A stretch of DNA of 64,000 bases from positions 768,001-832,000 of the forward strand of contig CAVRJY010000001.1 of NCBI GenBank assembly GCA_963721805.1. The letters run 5' to 3'. How positions within the stretch are numbered: position 1 is the stretch's first letter; every line of letters begins with the position of its first letter. The notes under the pieces are model-generated. The model was given only the letters and a program-made list of their open reading frames with translations, did no database searches and had not been told where the DNA came from. This DNA comes from Nitrospirota bacterium (GTDB lineage Bacteria > Nitrospirota > Thermodesulfovibrionia > Thermodesulfovibrionales > JdFR-86). Shown one piece after another: positions 10,162-19,464 of the stretch. The position numbers and the translations under genes are program-made.

Positions 10162-10893
10162 ATGGATACCACCCTCGACAGCATCCGCGAGCTCAGGTTC
10201 TACCAGTCCAAAGACGGCTACCGCTTCTCGATGGACCCGGTGCTTCTAAGCGATTTTATCTCGATGAGGTCGGCCAGACGGATACTGGACCTGGGTGCGG
10301 GCTCGGGCGTGCTCGGCCTCATGCTCGCCGCCCGCTATCCGAAGTCACATCTCACGATGGTCGAGCTTCAGGCTGGCCTGCATGCGCTGTGCGGGCGCAA
10401 TATCACTCTTAACGCGATGGCCGCGCGCGCCGAGGCAATCAAGGCCGACCTTGCCGCGTTGCCCTCTGAATATGCGGGCGCGTTCGACCTCGTCGTCTCG
10501 AACCCCCCGTTTCGGAGGCCGGCAACAGGGCTTTTGAGCGAGGGCGAGGAGCGCATGGTCGCTCGACACGAACTCAGGATGGACCTGAACGGGCTCGTCG
10601 CGTCCGCAGCGCGCGCGCTTAAGGAGCGCGGCAGGTTCGCTCTCGTATATCACCCCGCGAGGCTTGCCGAACTCCTGAGCGCAATGGCAGCCGCCTCGCT
10701 CGAGCCCAAGTGCATCAGGTTCGTGCATGGGAGGTTAGATAGCGAGGCCCGCATAGTGCTGGTCGAGGCCGTTAAGGGCGGCCGTCAGGGCGGGCTGAAG
10801 GTCCTCCCCCCGCTGGTCGTATACGGCGACGGGGGCGGGTATTCGGACGAGGTGCGCCGGATTTACAAGCTCGATGACCAAGGAATTGTATAA
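10162..10893 (+). CDS. tRNA1(Val) A37 N6-methyltransferase-like SAM-dependent methyltransferase
   Basis: YQ..GYRFSMD, LDLGAGSG, SNPPF, ARHE. Confidence 0.88.
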   Translation: MDTTLDSIRELRFYQSKDGYRFSMDPVLLSDFISMRSARRILDLGAGSGVLGLMLAARYPKSHLTMVELQAGLHALCGRNITLNAMAARAEAIKADLAALPSEYAGAFDLVVSNPPFRRPATGLLSEGEERMVARHELRMDLNGLVASAARALKERGRFALVYHPARLAELLSAMAAASLEPKCIRFVHGRLDSEARIVLVEAVKGGRQGGLKVLPPLVVYGDGGGYSDEVRRIYKLDDQGIV

Positions 10894-10899
10894 TAGGGG

Positions 10900-11460
10900 A
10901 TGAGCATGAGCCCCGCACGCAAGATACTGATCGTGGTGCTGTCGCCCGTAATCCTGCTGGGCGCATACCTCCTGGGCCTTCTGGCCACTGACAACTTCCA
11001 CGCGATCACGCCGGGGGAGGCCTACCGCTCCGGGGTGATAGGCAGGCACCATCTCGAAGAATATATAAACCAATACGGGATCAAGAGCATCGTCAACCTG
11101 CGCGGGCCTTACAAGAAATCCGAGTGGTACAAAGACGAGCTCAGCCTGAGCGGGAAGTACGGCATCAGCCACTACGACCTCAAGCTCGACGACGCCTCCG
11201 AGCCCACGCCCGAGCAGGCGGCCGAGCTAGTGCAGATCATCACGACCGCCCCGCGGCCCGTGCTGTTTCACTGCTACCACGGGGCCGACCGCTCGGGGCT
11301 CGCGGCCGCGATGTGGAAGGTGCTCATAGATAACGAGCCCGCCAGTGACGCCTCCGGGCAGCTCTCGATAAGATACGGCCACATCCCGGTCGGAAAGACG
11401 ACCGCGATGGACAGGTTCTTCGCCGACTGGGCCGCGAACCGTAGGCAGTGCCCGCATTGA
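10900..11460 (+). CDS. Membrane-anchored tyrosine/dual-specificity phosphatase family protein
   Basis: CX5R motif HCYHGADRSG; hydrophobic N-terminus; YRSG, IVNLRG. Confidence 0.85.
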   Translation: MSMSPARKILIVVLSPVILLGAYLLGLLATDNFHAITPGEAYRSGVIGRHHLEEYINQYGIKSIVNLRGPYKKSEWYKDELSLSGKYGISHYDLKLDDASEPTPEQAAELVQIITTAPRPVLFHCYHGADRSGLAAAMWKVLIDNEPASDASGQLSIRYGHIPVGKTTAMDRFFADWAANRRQCPH

Positions 11461-11882
11461 GCGCGCTCCGGCTGGAGGACGACGGCTACTGCTTCGCGTG
11501 CGGCAGGCGCAACCCTATAGGCCTCAGGCTTGAGTTTCAGTGGGACGGCGTCTCGCTGAGCAGTTCGTTCACCCCCAAGAAAGAGCACCAGGGCTATACC
11601 GATGTCATGCACGGGGGGATCATCGCGACCCTGCTGGACGAGTGCATGGCGCAGGCCGCGATAAAGGGGTTTTCGGTGATGGCCGCGACCGCCGAGTTCT
11701 CGATGCGGCTGCGTGCCCCGCTGGCCCCCGGCGAGGAGGTCCTGGTCAGCGCCCGGGCCGAGCGGCCCTCGCCGAGGCTCATCACCGCGGCTGCCGAGGT
11801 CCATCGCAAGGCCGATGGCGTCCTGATAGCCTCGGCCACCGCCAAACTCATCCCTGTGAAGGTTGCTCCTCAGCCCTTGTAG
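11448..11882 (+). CDS. PaaI/hotdog-fold thioesterase
   Basis: CFACG..NP.GL, HQGY..VMHGGIIATLLDE. Confidence 0.88.
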   Translation: MPALSALRLEDDGYCFACGRRNPIGLRLEFQWDGVSLSSSFTPKKEHQGYTDVMHGGIIATLLDECMAQAAIKGFSVMAATAEFSMRLRAPLAPGEEVLVSARAERPSPRLITAAAEVHRKADGVLIASATAKLIPVKVAPQPL

Positions 11883-13114
11883 ACCGTCCGGTTCCTGCCC
11901 GCGGCCTTCGCCTCGTAGAGCGCGGAGTCCGCGCGGTACAGCATCCTGTCTACCGATTCCCCTTCTGCCCTTATGCACGATACGCCGGAGCTGATAGTTA
12001 CCCTGATGGCCATCGGCCCGAACGGCTCGGCCTCGATTGCGGCGCGCACGCGCTCCGAGATCCGCATGGCGTCCTCGGCCGACGACTCAGGCAACAGCAC
12101 GAGGAACTCCTCGCCGCCGTAGCGCCCGATCAGGTCGTAGGGCCGCAGCATCATGCTTGAGCGCCTGACGGTCTCTCTGAGCACCTCGTCTCCGGCCTGG
12201 TGGCCGAGGGCGTCATTGATGAGCTTGAAGTGGTCGAGGTCGAACATGATGACGCAGAAGCCGTGGCCGGTCCTCTCGGCGCGCAGGAGCTCCTCTGTGA
12301 AGCGTTCCAGTATGTGCCCCCGGTTGAAGCAGCCGGTGAGCGCGTCGGTCGTGGCCAGGACCTCGATCGTACGCCGCGACTCGGAGACCTTCCTGATCAG
12401 CCGCCGGGTGAAAAACCAGACGAGGCCCAGCAGCAGCGCGGTCGCGAGCGCGGCGAACGCGAGGATCTGCAGGGCGTTCTCGAAGAGCTTTTTCCTGATC
12501 GTCCCTATCGGGATGTTGACGCTTATGCCGCCGCGTATGTCGCCCACCTTGTATCCCTGCGCCGCATGGCACTGCAGGCATAGCTTCTCGGTCCTGAGCG
12601 GGGCCATGTACCGCATGAACGGCACGCCGTCGATCTCCTCCTCCCAGTACGCCTCTTTCTTCCCGCTCTCAAACGAAACCAGCGCCCTGCGTTCGCTCTC
12701 ATCCGGCGCGTTTGCCGGGTTCAGGGGTTTTAGGCTCGTGATGTGATAGCTGAACTCGCGGCCCTTCCGCGTGAGTTCGGATATCTCCCGAGTCATCATC
12801 GCCGGGGTCCGGATCGTGAAGGTCCTGCCGTCGGCCGTGGTGATATCGGGGTTATTGATGTAAGGGGTGGACTGGACGCCGTCCTTCTTCTCGACGTATA
12901 CGCCCCCGTAACTCGCGTTCCACTGGCGGGCCAGCACGATAGTGGCGAACTGCGCGCGCGCGTCCTCCAGTATCTCGTCGTCGATCAGGCCGCGGGTGCG
13001 GACGTTCATGCCGAGGAATATCCCAGCGAGGCAGAGTGCGACCGTCAGCGTGATCGAGATGCGGAAGGTCTTGTATATGCCTTTTTCTTCGTTATCCCGC
13101 ACCCGGTCCCCCAT
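11870..13114 (-). CDS. Diguanylate cyclase with periplasmic c-type heme (DUF3365-like) sensor domain
   Basis: Two TM segments flanking a domain with SLKPLNP.N.PD and CLQCH; GGEEF with RxxD I-site (RPYD). Start could be 13114 or 13120. Confidence 0.88.
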   Translation of the reverse strand: MGDRVRDNEEKGIYKTFRISITLTVALCLAGIFLGMNVRTRGLIDDEILEDARAQFATIVLARQWNASYGGVYVEKKDGVQSTPYINNPDITTADGRTFTIRTPAMMTREISELTRKGREFSYHITSLKPLNPANAPDESERRALVSFESGKKEAYWEEEIDGVPFMRYMAPLRTEKLCLQCHAAQGYKVGDIRGGISVNIPIGTIRKKLFENALQILAFAALATALLLGLVWFFTRRLIRKVSESRRTIEVLATTDALTGCFNRGHILERFTEELLRAERTGHGFCVIMFDLDHFKLINDALGHQAGDEVLRETVRRSSMMLRPYDLIGRYGGEEFLVLLPESSAEDAMRISERVRAAIEAEPFGPMAIRVTISSGVSCIRAEGESVDRMLYRADSALYEAKAAGRNRTVYKG

Positions 13115-13203
13115 GGACATATTATACCGCTCCGTCGGCGTATCCGCCCGTCTGGCGCTTCAACTCCGGTCATAAGTTATAATTAAGCAGACAGGAGGCG
13201 TGG

Positions 13204-13779
13204 ATGCGCATTCGAAGGTTTATGGTCTTGGCTGTGTTTTTCGCGCTCGCCGCGGCCTCGTTCGCCGTTCCGGCCTTGGCGCTTACTCCCATTGGCGTCC
13301 GCACCCGCATCGATGCGATCCAGCAGAAGATTGACGCCGGGATCAGTGCGGGCGCGATCACGCCCGAATCCGCCCGAACGCTTAACTTCAGGCTGGGTGA
13401 GGTACGCAAGATGCTTGTCCCCTCCATGCCCCCCTCCGCCTTGGGCGAACTCTCCGCCCGCCTCGACGCGCTTGAGCCGATGGTCCCGAGGCCGATGAAA
13501 CCGCAGACGCCCGAGGCGGCAATCGAGGGCCAGCTCGCACAGATTCAGGCCGCGATCATCGAGGGCGAGTCCAGGCGAGTGATCGTACCTTTCGCCGCGC
13601 AGGCCCTGCGCTCTGAGCTCGCCTCGATCAGGGCCGAGTTCGATGCCGCCCGGGGGAGAGGCCCGCTCATTGAAGGCGAGGCAAAGCGCCTCGAGATCAG
13701 GATAGGGCGGCTTGCCGCGCAGGTCAGGAAATACGGCGCTCCCCACAATCAGTATGAGACCATCAAGCACTTCAAGTAG
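13204..13779 (+). CDS. Secreted hypothetical protein with two internal helical repeats
   Basis: RBS AGGAGG; signal peptide ending ALA; repeated I..G.....I....A..L...L..(V/I)R pattern. Confidence 0.7.
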   Translation: MRIRRFMVLAVFFALAAASFAVPALALTPIGVRTRIDAIQQKIDAGISAGAITPESARTLNFRLGEVRKMLVPSMPPSALGELSARLDALEPMVPRPMKPQTPEAAIEGQLAQIQAAIIEGESRRVIVPFAAQALRSELASIRAEFDAARGRGPLIEGEAKRLEIRIGRLAAQVRKYGAPHNQYETIKHFK

Positions 13780-13791
13780 AAAGGCTGCTTA

Positions 13792-14445
13792 ATGCAGATC
13801 ATGATCCGCGATAAGAAGCTCCTCGACCGCGCCTACGCCCTTGCGGTCGCTACAGTAGCCTATAACGTCCTGGAGGGGCTGCTCTCGGTCGCCCTGGGGA
13901 TGCAGGACGGGACTTATGCGCTGATGGGCTTCGGACTCGATTCCTTTGTCGAGGTCGTCTCCGGCATAGGCATCTGGCACATGGTCCGGAGGATGCGGGC
14001 CGCTGCCGCGGACGAATCGCCTGACCGCTTCGAGCGCACGGCGCTGCGCGTGACCGGGCTCTCTTTCTATGCGCTCTCGGCGGGGCTTGCTCTCAGCGGG
14101 TTCTACGGGCTGATGGAGGACCATGCGCCGGACACTACGCTATGGGGCGTCGTCATATCGCTGCTCTCGATAGCGTCCATGTGGCTGCTGATCAGGATGA
14201 AGCTCAAGGTCGGGCGCGCGCTTCGAAGCGACGCGGTCTTGGCCGACGCGCATTGCAGCCGCGCATGCATGTATTTTTCGGTCGTGCTCCTGGCCTCGAG
14301 TGCGGGGTATGAACTCACGGGCATAGGCGGGCTCGATGCCCTGGGCGCGCTCCTGATAGCCGCGCTTTCGTTCAGGGAGGGGCGTGAGGCGATGGGGAAG
14401 TCCCGCGGCGGAAAGTGTAACTGCGGCGGAGAGTGCGGCGGCTAG
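13792..14445 (+). CDS. CDF-like cation transporter (membrane domain only)
   Basis: YNVLEG..S, FGLDSFVE, ADA.C..AC, about 6 TM segments, Cys-rich tail. Confidence 0.8.
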   Translation: MQIMIRDKKLLDRAYALAVATVAYNVLEGLLSVALGMQDGTYALMGFGLDSFVEVVSGIGIWHMVRRMRAAAADESPDRFERTALRVTGLSFYALSAGLALSGFYGLMEDHAPDTTLWGVVISLLSIASMWLLIRMKLKVGRALRSDAVLADAHCSRACMYFSVVLLASSAGYELTGIGGLDALGALLIAALSFREGREAMGKSRGGKCNCGGECGG

Positions 14446-17400
14446 AATTCTACGTCCGCCTCCATCTCCTTGGGGCCGAGCAGGAAGCGCTCCCTCAGGA
14501 ACTTCACGCGGGCCTTGTCCCCCGGCCGCTTCTCAAGGAGTATGATCTTCAGGTCATCGAGGCCCTTGAGCTCCTTGCCGTCGACAGAGACTATCACGTC
14601 GCCTTCTTGCATGCCCGCGCGCTCGGCCGGGCTGTTCTGGCCGAAGTTCTTGATCTTAAACCCTGAGGCGCCGGGCTCCTTTGACTCATCCAGGAAGACT
14701 TGCAGCTTGGCGCTGAACGGGGGCTCGATCTGCGGCGAGAAGATCACGTAGTCCGCGATGCCTGGCTTGAGGCTGCGCTCGGCCGAGTCGATGAGTGTGG
14801 CGTAGTCCTTGCCCGTGCGGCGCTTGGCGCGTCCGGGGACGCCCGAGCCGAACTCGACGTGACCCTGCCCGCAGAGCACGACCATCTGGCTTTTGGGGTG
14901 CTTTCCGATATACTCCGCGACGGATTGCGCCATGACCTCGTCCCACAGGATCTGTGACTGGTAGAAGTTGTCGAAGTTCCGCGGGGCGTTGCCCTGGCTT
15001 CGGTGCATCTCGTATATGTCGTGGATCCGCTCGCGGTATCCCGGCACGGCCATGTCCATATCAGCAGGAAGCGACTTGCGGTCCTCGGCGCTCAGGGCGT
15101 CAAGGCCGCCTTTCGATACCGCATCGATGATCTCTTTTTTGACGTTCAGGGCCACGACCGGGATGCCGTTGGCCTGGGCGTACAGGAGCACCTCGCGGTA
15201 ATTGTTATAGTCATAGCCCCAGCGCTTGAAGTACTCCGTCTGGCGCAGCATCCCGGTCTCGTCCGTCTTGCCCGAGATGTACTCGTCGAGGCCGGACTGA
15301 TACGGCGTCTGGAACATCTCCATCCCTATCGCGAACTCGCGGCCCTGCTCGTGGAGGCGGCGCACGAGCGCGAGCTGCACGAGGTGGTCCTCGTAATTGG
15401 TGTGCCCCTCGCCAACGTAGATCACCGGCTTGCCGGCCACCGCGTCGATGACCTCGCTAAGCGGCAGCGCGCCGCCGGGCCGGACGCCCACGGCGTCCAA
15501 GGTAAGCTCGCCGCGCATCCCGCGCGGGGGATCGTACGCCGTCTTGAGCGTGTTAACGCCAGCCTTGAACTCGAGGGTGCCGTAACGGCCATAATGCAGG
15601 ATCTTTCCGGCTGCCGCGTTGATGGACTCGGCCGTCAGCGAGCCGGACATGAGCGCGACGACATGGGCCGACGGGTCCATCGGGTGATCGCGCACCTCCA
15701 GCCTCAGGGCATCAGGGTCTGCCGGCGGCGTTGCGGCGCGGGCGAAGAGCCTGAGCGCCGTTGGCCCTACGGGGTCGGTCAGCAGCAGCGAGGAGTGCTC
15801 TATCTCCTCATCTTTGATCTCGCCCTCATCCTTCACCGTAAAGCCCGCCTGTACGAATGCGGTCTTAAGCGGGAGGTATTTCAGGTCCGCACCGGCCACC
15901 AGTATCTTGTGCTCGTCCCCGGCAAGCCGCGTGATGACGGGCGCATACTCCGCGTCCGACAGCATCCGCATCACGTCATAGTCCGGGTCGAAGGCGACCG
16001 AGACCGGGGTGCCGGCATCGACAGGGACCTCGAAATACTCGCGCTCCTTGCTGAGCTCGACCGAGCGCGTGAGGCTTTCTTTGCCGCCCTGAAGCTTTAT
16101 CTCAAGAGGGAGTTTAAAACGGTACGCGTCGCCGTGCTGCTCTGCATAAAACGCGACGTTAGGGACCGCGCCCTTTCGGTATATGACGCGCAGGTCCCCG
16201 ATCCCGATGTCCGGGGCGGCCTTGCGCGTAAGCCATTCCGAGAAGAACCACCCGAGGTCATGCCCCGTGGCGCGCTCGAATTCCGTCCGGATGTCCGCCC
16301 ACGATGCGGTGCTGAACCGTCTGTCGCGCACGAAGGCGCGCAGGGCGCCGTAAAACGCCTTGTCCCCGACCTCGCCCTTGAGCATGTGGAACACCATCGC
16401 AGTCTTGTCGTAGCCGACCGCGCGGGTGGCGTTGTCCGTGCGCCCGGCGAACTCCGCGACAGTGATCTCTTTGTCCGGCTGCACGTAGGCCATATAGTCC
16501 GTGAGCATCGAGCGGCGGTATCTCCAGCCCTCGCCCCTGTCGGCCTCGAACTGGTGGTCGGCCAGATAAGTGGTGAGCCCCTCAGTCCAGTTGCCCCGGC
16601 CGCTTGAGTACACTGAGCAGCCGAACCACTGGTGCAGGATCTCGTGGCCGAGCGAGGTATGGCGGATAAACGGCAGGCGTATCACCTCTCCGCCCAGAAG
16701 CGTGTAAGTAGGCAGCGAATACCCGGACTGCAGGAAGTTTTCGACAATCGCGAAGCGCTTGTATGGATAGTCGCCGAGCAGGGCCGAGTAGCGCTCGATA
16801 AACTCCCCGGCGCTCTGGATGTAATCGTCCGCGAGCGAGGCGTCATCGGCCGAGAAGTACGTCAGCACCTCGGTGGCTCCGATCCGCCTGGACTTGACCT
16901 CGTAGATGCCTGCGACGAGGCTCATCCCCTCGCGCGGGTACGGGAAATCGAACGAGTAGGAGGTATTGCCGTCCGCGGCGGTCGTGGAGCTGACCGAGTC
17001 GGCCTCCGAGACCGCGGTGAGGCCGCCCGGCACCTCGGCCGAAAGCGAGTAGTATGCGGTATCCGCGCCCACGATCTCCGGGTACCAGCCCGAGGTCAGC
17101 GACGCCCCGAGCGCGGTGATCGCCCCGCCGGGCACCACCCCTACGTTCACCGGGGACGAGCCGTCAGGGCCGCCCTTTGAAAACGATGCCTCGTAAGTTA
17201 TGTCCACCACGCCCTTCGCCCTGACCGTATCTGAGCCCGAGAGCGTCTGCTCCTTGCCGTTGACCAATACTTTGACAGGCTTGATCCAGGGCGTCCGGAC
17301 GAGTACGTCCATCTCCGAGGGCAGCTCGATGCGCGCGCGGCCGTTCAGATTGGCGCCCTTGGTGTTTATGCGTACCTTGAGGTCGTAGCGCGGCAGGCCG

Positions 17401-17492
17401 CTGCCGGCCTCGGCTGCTGCACACGTGAAGGCTATCGAGATGGCCATTATGTAAGCTATTATACGCGGCATTCCAGTTTTTGATTCTATCAC
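14442..17492 (-). CDS. Exported M1-type zinc metallopeptidase fused to ChaN-like domain and C-terminal PDZ
   Basis: GHEILHQWFG..NWTEGL, YDK..MVFHML; VIYVGEGH, IGMEMFQ, Q.LWDE.MA, G.GHV.FG.G; SPAERAGMQEGDVI. Start codon uncertain. Confidence 0.85.
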   Translation of the reverse strand: MIESKTGMPRIIAYIMAISIAFTCAAAEAGSGLPRYDLKVRINTKGANLNGRARIELPSEMDVLVRTPWIKPVKVLVNGKEQTLSGSDTVRAKGVVDITYEASFSKGGPDGSSPVNVGVVPGGAITALGASLTSGWYPEIVGADTAYYSLSAEVPGGLTAVSEADSVSSTTAADGNTSYSFDFPYPREGMSLVAGIYEVKSRRIGATEVLTYFSADDASLADDYIQSAGEFIERYSALLGDYPYKRFAIVENFLQSGYSLPTYTLLGGEVIRLPFIRHTSLGHEILHQWFGCSVYSSGRGNWTEGLTTYLADHQFEADRGEGWRYRRSMLTDYMAYVQPDKEITVAEFAGRTDNATRAVGYDKTAMVFHMLKGEVGDKAFYGALRAFVRDRRFSTASWADIRTEFERATGHDLGWFFSEWLTRKAAPDIGIGDLRVIYRKGAVPNVAFYAEQHGDAYRFKLPLEIKLQGGKESLTRSVELSKEREYFEVPVDAGTPVSVAFDPDYDVMRMLSDAEYAPVITRLAGDEHKILVAGADLKYLPLKTAFVQAGFTVKDEGEIKDEEIEHSSLLLTDPVGPTALRLFARAATPPADPDALRLEVRDHPMDPSAHVVALMSGSLTAESINAAAGKILHYGRYGTLEFKAGVNTLKTAYDPPRGMRGELTLDAVGVRPGGALPLSEVIDAVAGKPVIYVGEGHTNYEDHLVQLALVRRLHEQGREFAIGMEMFQTPYQSGLDEYISGKTDETGMLRQTEYFKRWGYDYNNYREVLLYAQANGIPVVALNVKKEIIDAVSKGGLDALSAEDRKSLPADMDMAVPGYRERIHDIYEMHRSQGNAPRNFDNFYQSQILWDEVMAQSVAEYIGKHPKSQMVVLCGQGHVEFGSGVPGRAKRRTGKDYATLIDSAERSLKPGIADYVIFSPQIEPPFSAKLQVFLDESKEPGASGFKIKNFGQNSPAERAGMQEGDVIVSVDGKELKGLDDLKIILLEKRPGDKARVKFLRERFLLGPKEMEADVEF

Positions 17493-17512
17493 AACGGGGT
17501 TAGACGGGCCAA

Positions 17513-17617
17513 CTGGGGTTGGGGCGGCCGTCCCTCCTCCCCGGGCGGAGCTTCGCTTCGCCCAGCCCCCATCCCTACCTATACCGCCGCGCGAAGGGGG
17601 TAGATGCCCCTTTTTTT
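17513..17617. other. Structured intergenic segment ending in a + strand terminator-like hairpin
   Basis: GGGGTTGGG..CCCAGCCCC enclosing GGGCGGAGC-TTC-GCTTCGCCC; then AAGGGGG-TAGATG-CCCCTTTTTTT. Confidence 0.45.
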
Positions 17618-17674
17618 AGGTGAGCGGGTCACCCCGCGAATATTTGCCGGGGGGCGCGGCCCCCGGCACCCAAA

Positions 17675-17704
17675 TTGACTGCGGAAAACCCGATGTGGTA
17701 TAGT
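17675..17704 (+). promoter_or_regulatory. Sigma70 promoter for tRNA-Gln-prs-rplY-pth
   Basis: TTGACT-N18-TATAGT with extended -10 TG. Confidence 0.7.
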
Positions 17705-17724
17705 TTTTTTTCCTAAAAAACTCT

Positions 17725-17796
17725 TGGGGCGTCGACAAATGGCAAGTCAGGAGATTTTGGATCTCCCTACTGGAGGTTCGAGTCCTCCCGCCCCAG
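17725..17796 (+). tRNA. tRNA-Gln (anticodon TTG)
   Basis: Acceptor TGGGGCG/CGCCCCA, D arm GAC..GG..GTC, anticodon arm GGAGA-TTTTGGA-TCTCC, T arm GGAGG-TTCGAGT-CCTCC; usual position before prs; followed by TCCA rather than CCA. Confidence 0.95.
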
Positions 17797-17818
17797 TCCA
17801 GGGGAAGGAGCGCGCGCC

Positions 17819-18760
17819 GTGCCGGATTGTATTGTATTGATCTCTGGGAACGCCCACCTCGGGCTGGTTGGCGAAGTTGCCAAGGCGATGGGGCAACATG
17901 TCTGCAACACCCATATCGCACGGTTCAGCGATGGCGAGATATCGGTGCAGATCAATGAGAACGTCCGTGGTACGGACGTATTCGTGGTGCAGCCGACCTG
18001 CACGCCCGTCAACGAAAACCTCATGGAGCTGCTACTTTTGATAGACGCCCTCAAGCGGGCCTCGGCGCGCAGGATAACAGCCGTGATCCCGTATTACGGG
18101 TACGGGCGGCAGGACCGCAAGGTGCAGCCCCGCGTGCCGATCTCCTCAAAGCTCGTGGCCGACCTCCTTACGGTCGCCGGGGCCCACAGGGTCGTATCCG
18201 TGGACCTTCACGCCGGGCAGATCCAGGGGTTCTTCAATATCCCGGTGGACCACCTGTACGGCACTCCGGTGCTGATTGAGTATTTCAAGCAGTGCGAGTT
18301 CAAGGACTTGGTCGTCGTCTCCCCCGACGCGGGCGGCGTCGAGCGCGCCCGGGCGTTCGCAAAGAGGCTGGACGCCTCGCTCGCCATCGTGGACAAGCGC
18401 CGCGAGAAGGCCAACGTCTCGCAGGCCATGCACGTCATAGGCGACGTTAAGGACAGAGACACGATACTGCTGGACGACATGATAGACACCGCAGGGACTA
18501 TAGTGCAAGCCGCCGCCGCGCTTAAGGAAAAGGGCGCGCGCCGCGTCTTCGCCGCATGCAGCCACGCGGTGCTCTCCGGCCCTGCAGTGGACCGCATAAA
18601 CAACTCAGCGATCGAGGAGCTGATCGTCACCAACACGATCCCGCTCGATGACAAACAGTCGCTATGCCCCAAGCTCAAGGTGCTCTCGATAGCGCCGCTG
18701 CTGGCCGAGGCCATAACCAGGATACACGAGGAAACCTCGATAAGTTCCCTCTTCGTATAG
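17819..18760 (+). CDS. prs: Ribose-phosphate pyrophosphokinase
   Basis: [40 protein letters not shown] + GTG. Confidence 0.97.
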   Translation: MPDCIVLISGNAHLGLVGEVAKAMGQHVCNTHIARFSDGEISVQINENVRGTDVFVVQPTCTPVNENLMELLLLIDALKRASARRITAVIPYYGYGRQDRKVQPRVPISSKLVADLLTVAGAHRVVSVDLHAGQIQGFFNIPVDHLYGTPVLIEYFKQCEFKDLVVVSPDAGGVERARAFAKRLDASLAIVDKRREKANVSQAMHVIGDVKDRDTILLDDMIDTAGTIVQAAAALKEKGARRVFAACSHAVLSGPAVDRINNSAIEELIVTNTIPLDDKQSLCPKLKVLSIAPLLAEAITRIHEETSISSLFV

Positions 18761-18801
18761 ATAATAAAACTTTCTCTTAGCGGAGAATTCGGAGGTAAAA
18801 G

Positions 18802-19461
18802 ATGGAAAGAATGAAACTCGCAGTCGAGAAAAGGGAAACCGCGGGCAAGGGCATCGCCCGAGCCCTCAGGAGGGGCGGCTTCGTGCCCGGCGTGATATAC
18901 AATAACGGCAGCGCCTCGTCGCTCAAGATCGGCACGAAGGACATGCTGCAGTTCATCGAGGCGACCGCGGGCGAGCAGGTCATAGTGGACCTGCGGTACC
19001 CGGACGAGAGCAGCACGATCGCGCTGATGAAGGAATACCAGCGCGACCCGATCATGAGCGAGCTGCTGCACGTGGACTTCATGGAGGTCTCGCTCACCGA
19101 GGAGATCACCGTCACGGTGCACGTCATAACCAAGGGCGAGCCGATAGGCGTCAAGCGCGACAAGGGCATCCTGCAGCACGGGCGCACCGAGATCGAGGTC
19201 TCGTGCCTCCCGGACAAGATACCGGGCCACATCGAGGTGGACGTCACCGACCTGGCCGCCGGACACACGATTCACGTCAGCGACATCGTCCTCCCCGAAG
19301 GGATCACGGTCATCACCGACGGCATGGAGCCGGTCGCGATGGTCACGATCCCCGTGACCGAGGCCGTGGCGGCCGCGCCTGTAGTGGCCGAGGCCGGTGC
19401 AGCACCCGCAGCGCCTGAGGTCGTCAAGAAGGGCAAGAAGGAAGAGACCAAGGAGGGATAG
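18802..19461 (+). CDS. rplY: 50S ribosomal protein L25/Ctc
   Basis: GKG.AR.LRR.G.VPGVIY, HVDF, C-terminal TL5-like domain. Confidence 0.95.
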   Translation: MERMKLAVEKRETAGKGIARALRRGGFVPGVIYNNGSASSLKIGTKDMLQFIEATAGEQVIVDLRYPDESSTIALMKEYQRDPIMSELLHVDFMEVSLTEEITVTVHVITKGEPIGVKRDKGILQHGRTEIEVSCLPDKIPGHIEVDVTDLAAGHTIHVSDIVLPEGITVITDGMEPVAMVTIPVTEAVAAAPVVAEAGAAPAAPEVVKKGKKEETKEG

Positions 19462-19464
19462 CCC

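Noticed and set aside
17725..17800. tRNA-Gln as an integration site for an island or prophage
   Set aside because: No integrase and no duplicated tRNA 3' end were noticed; prs follows directly.
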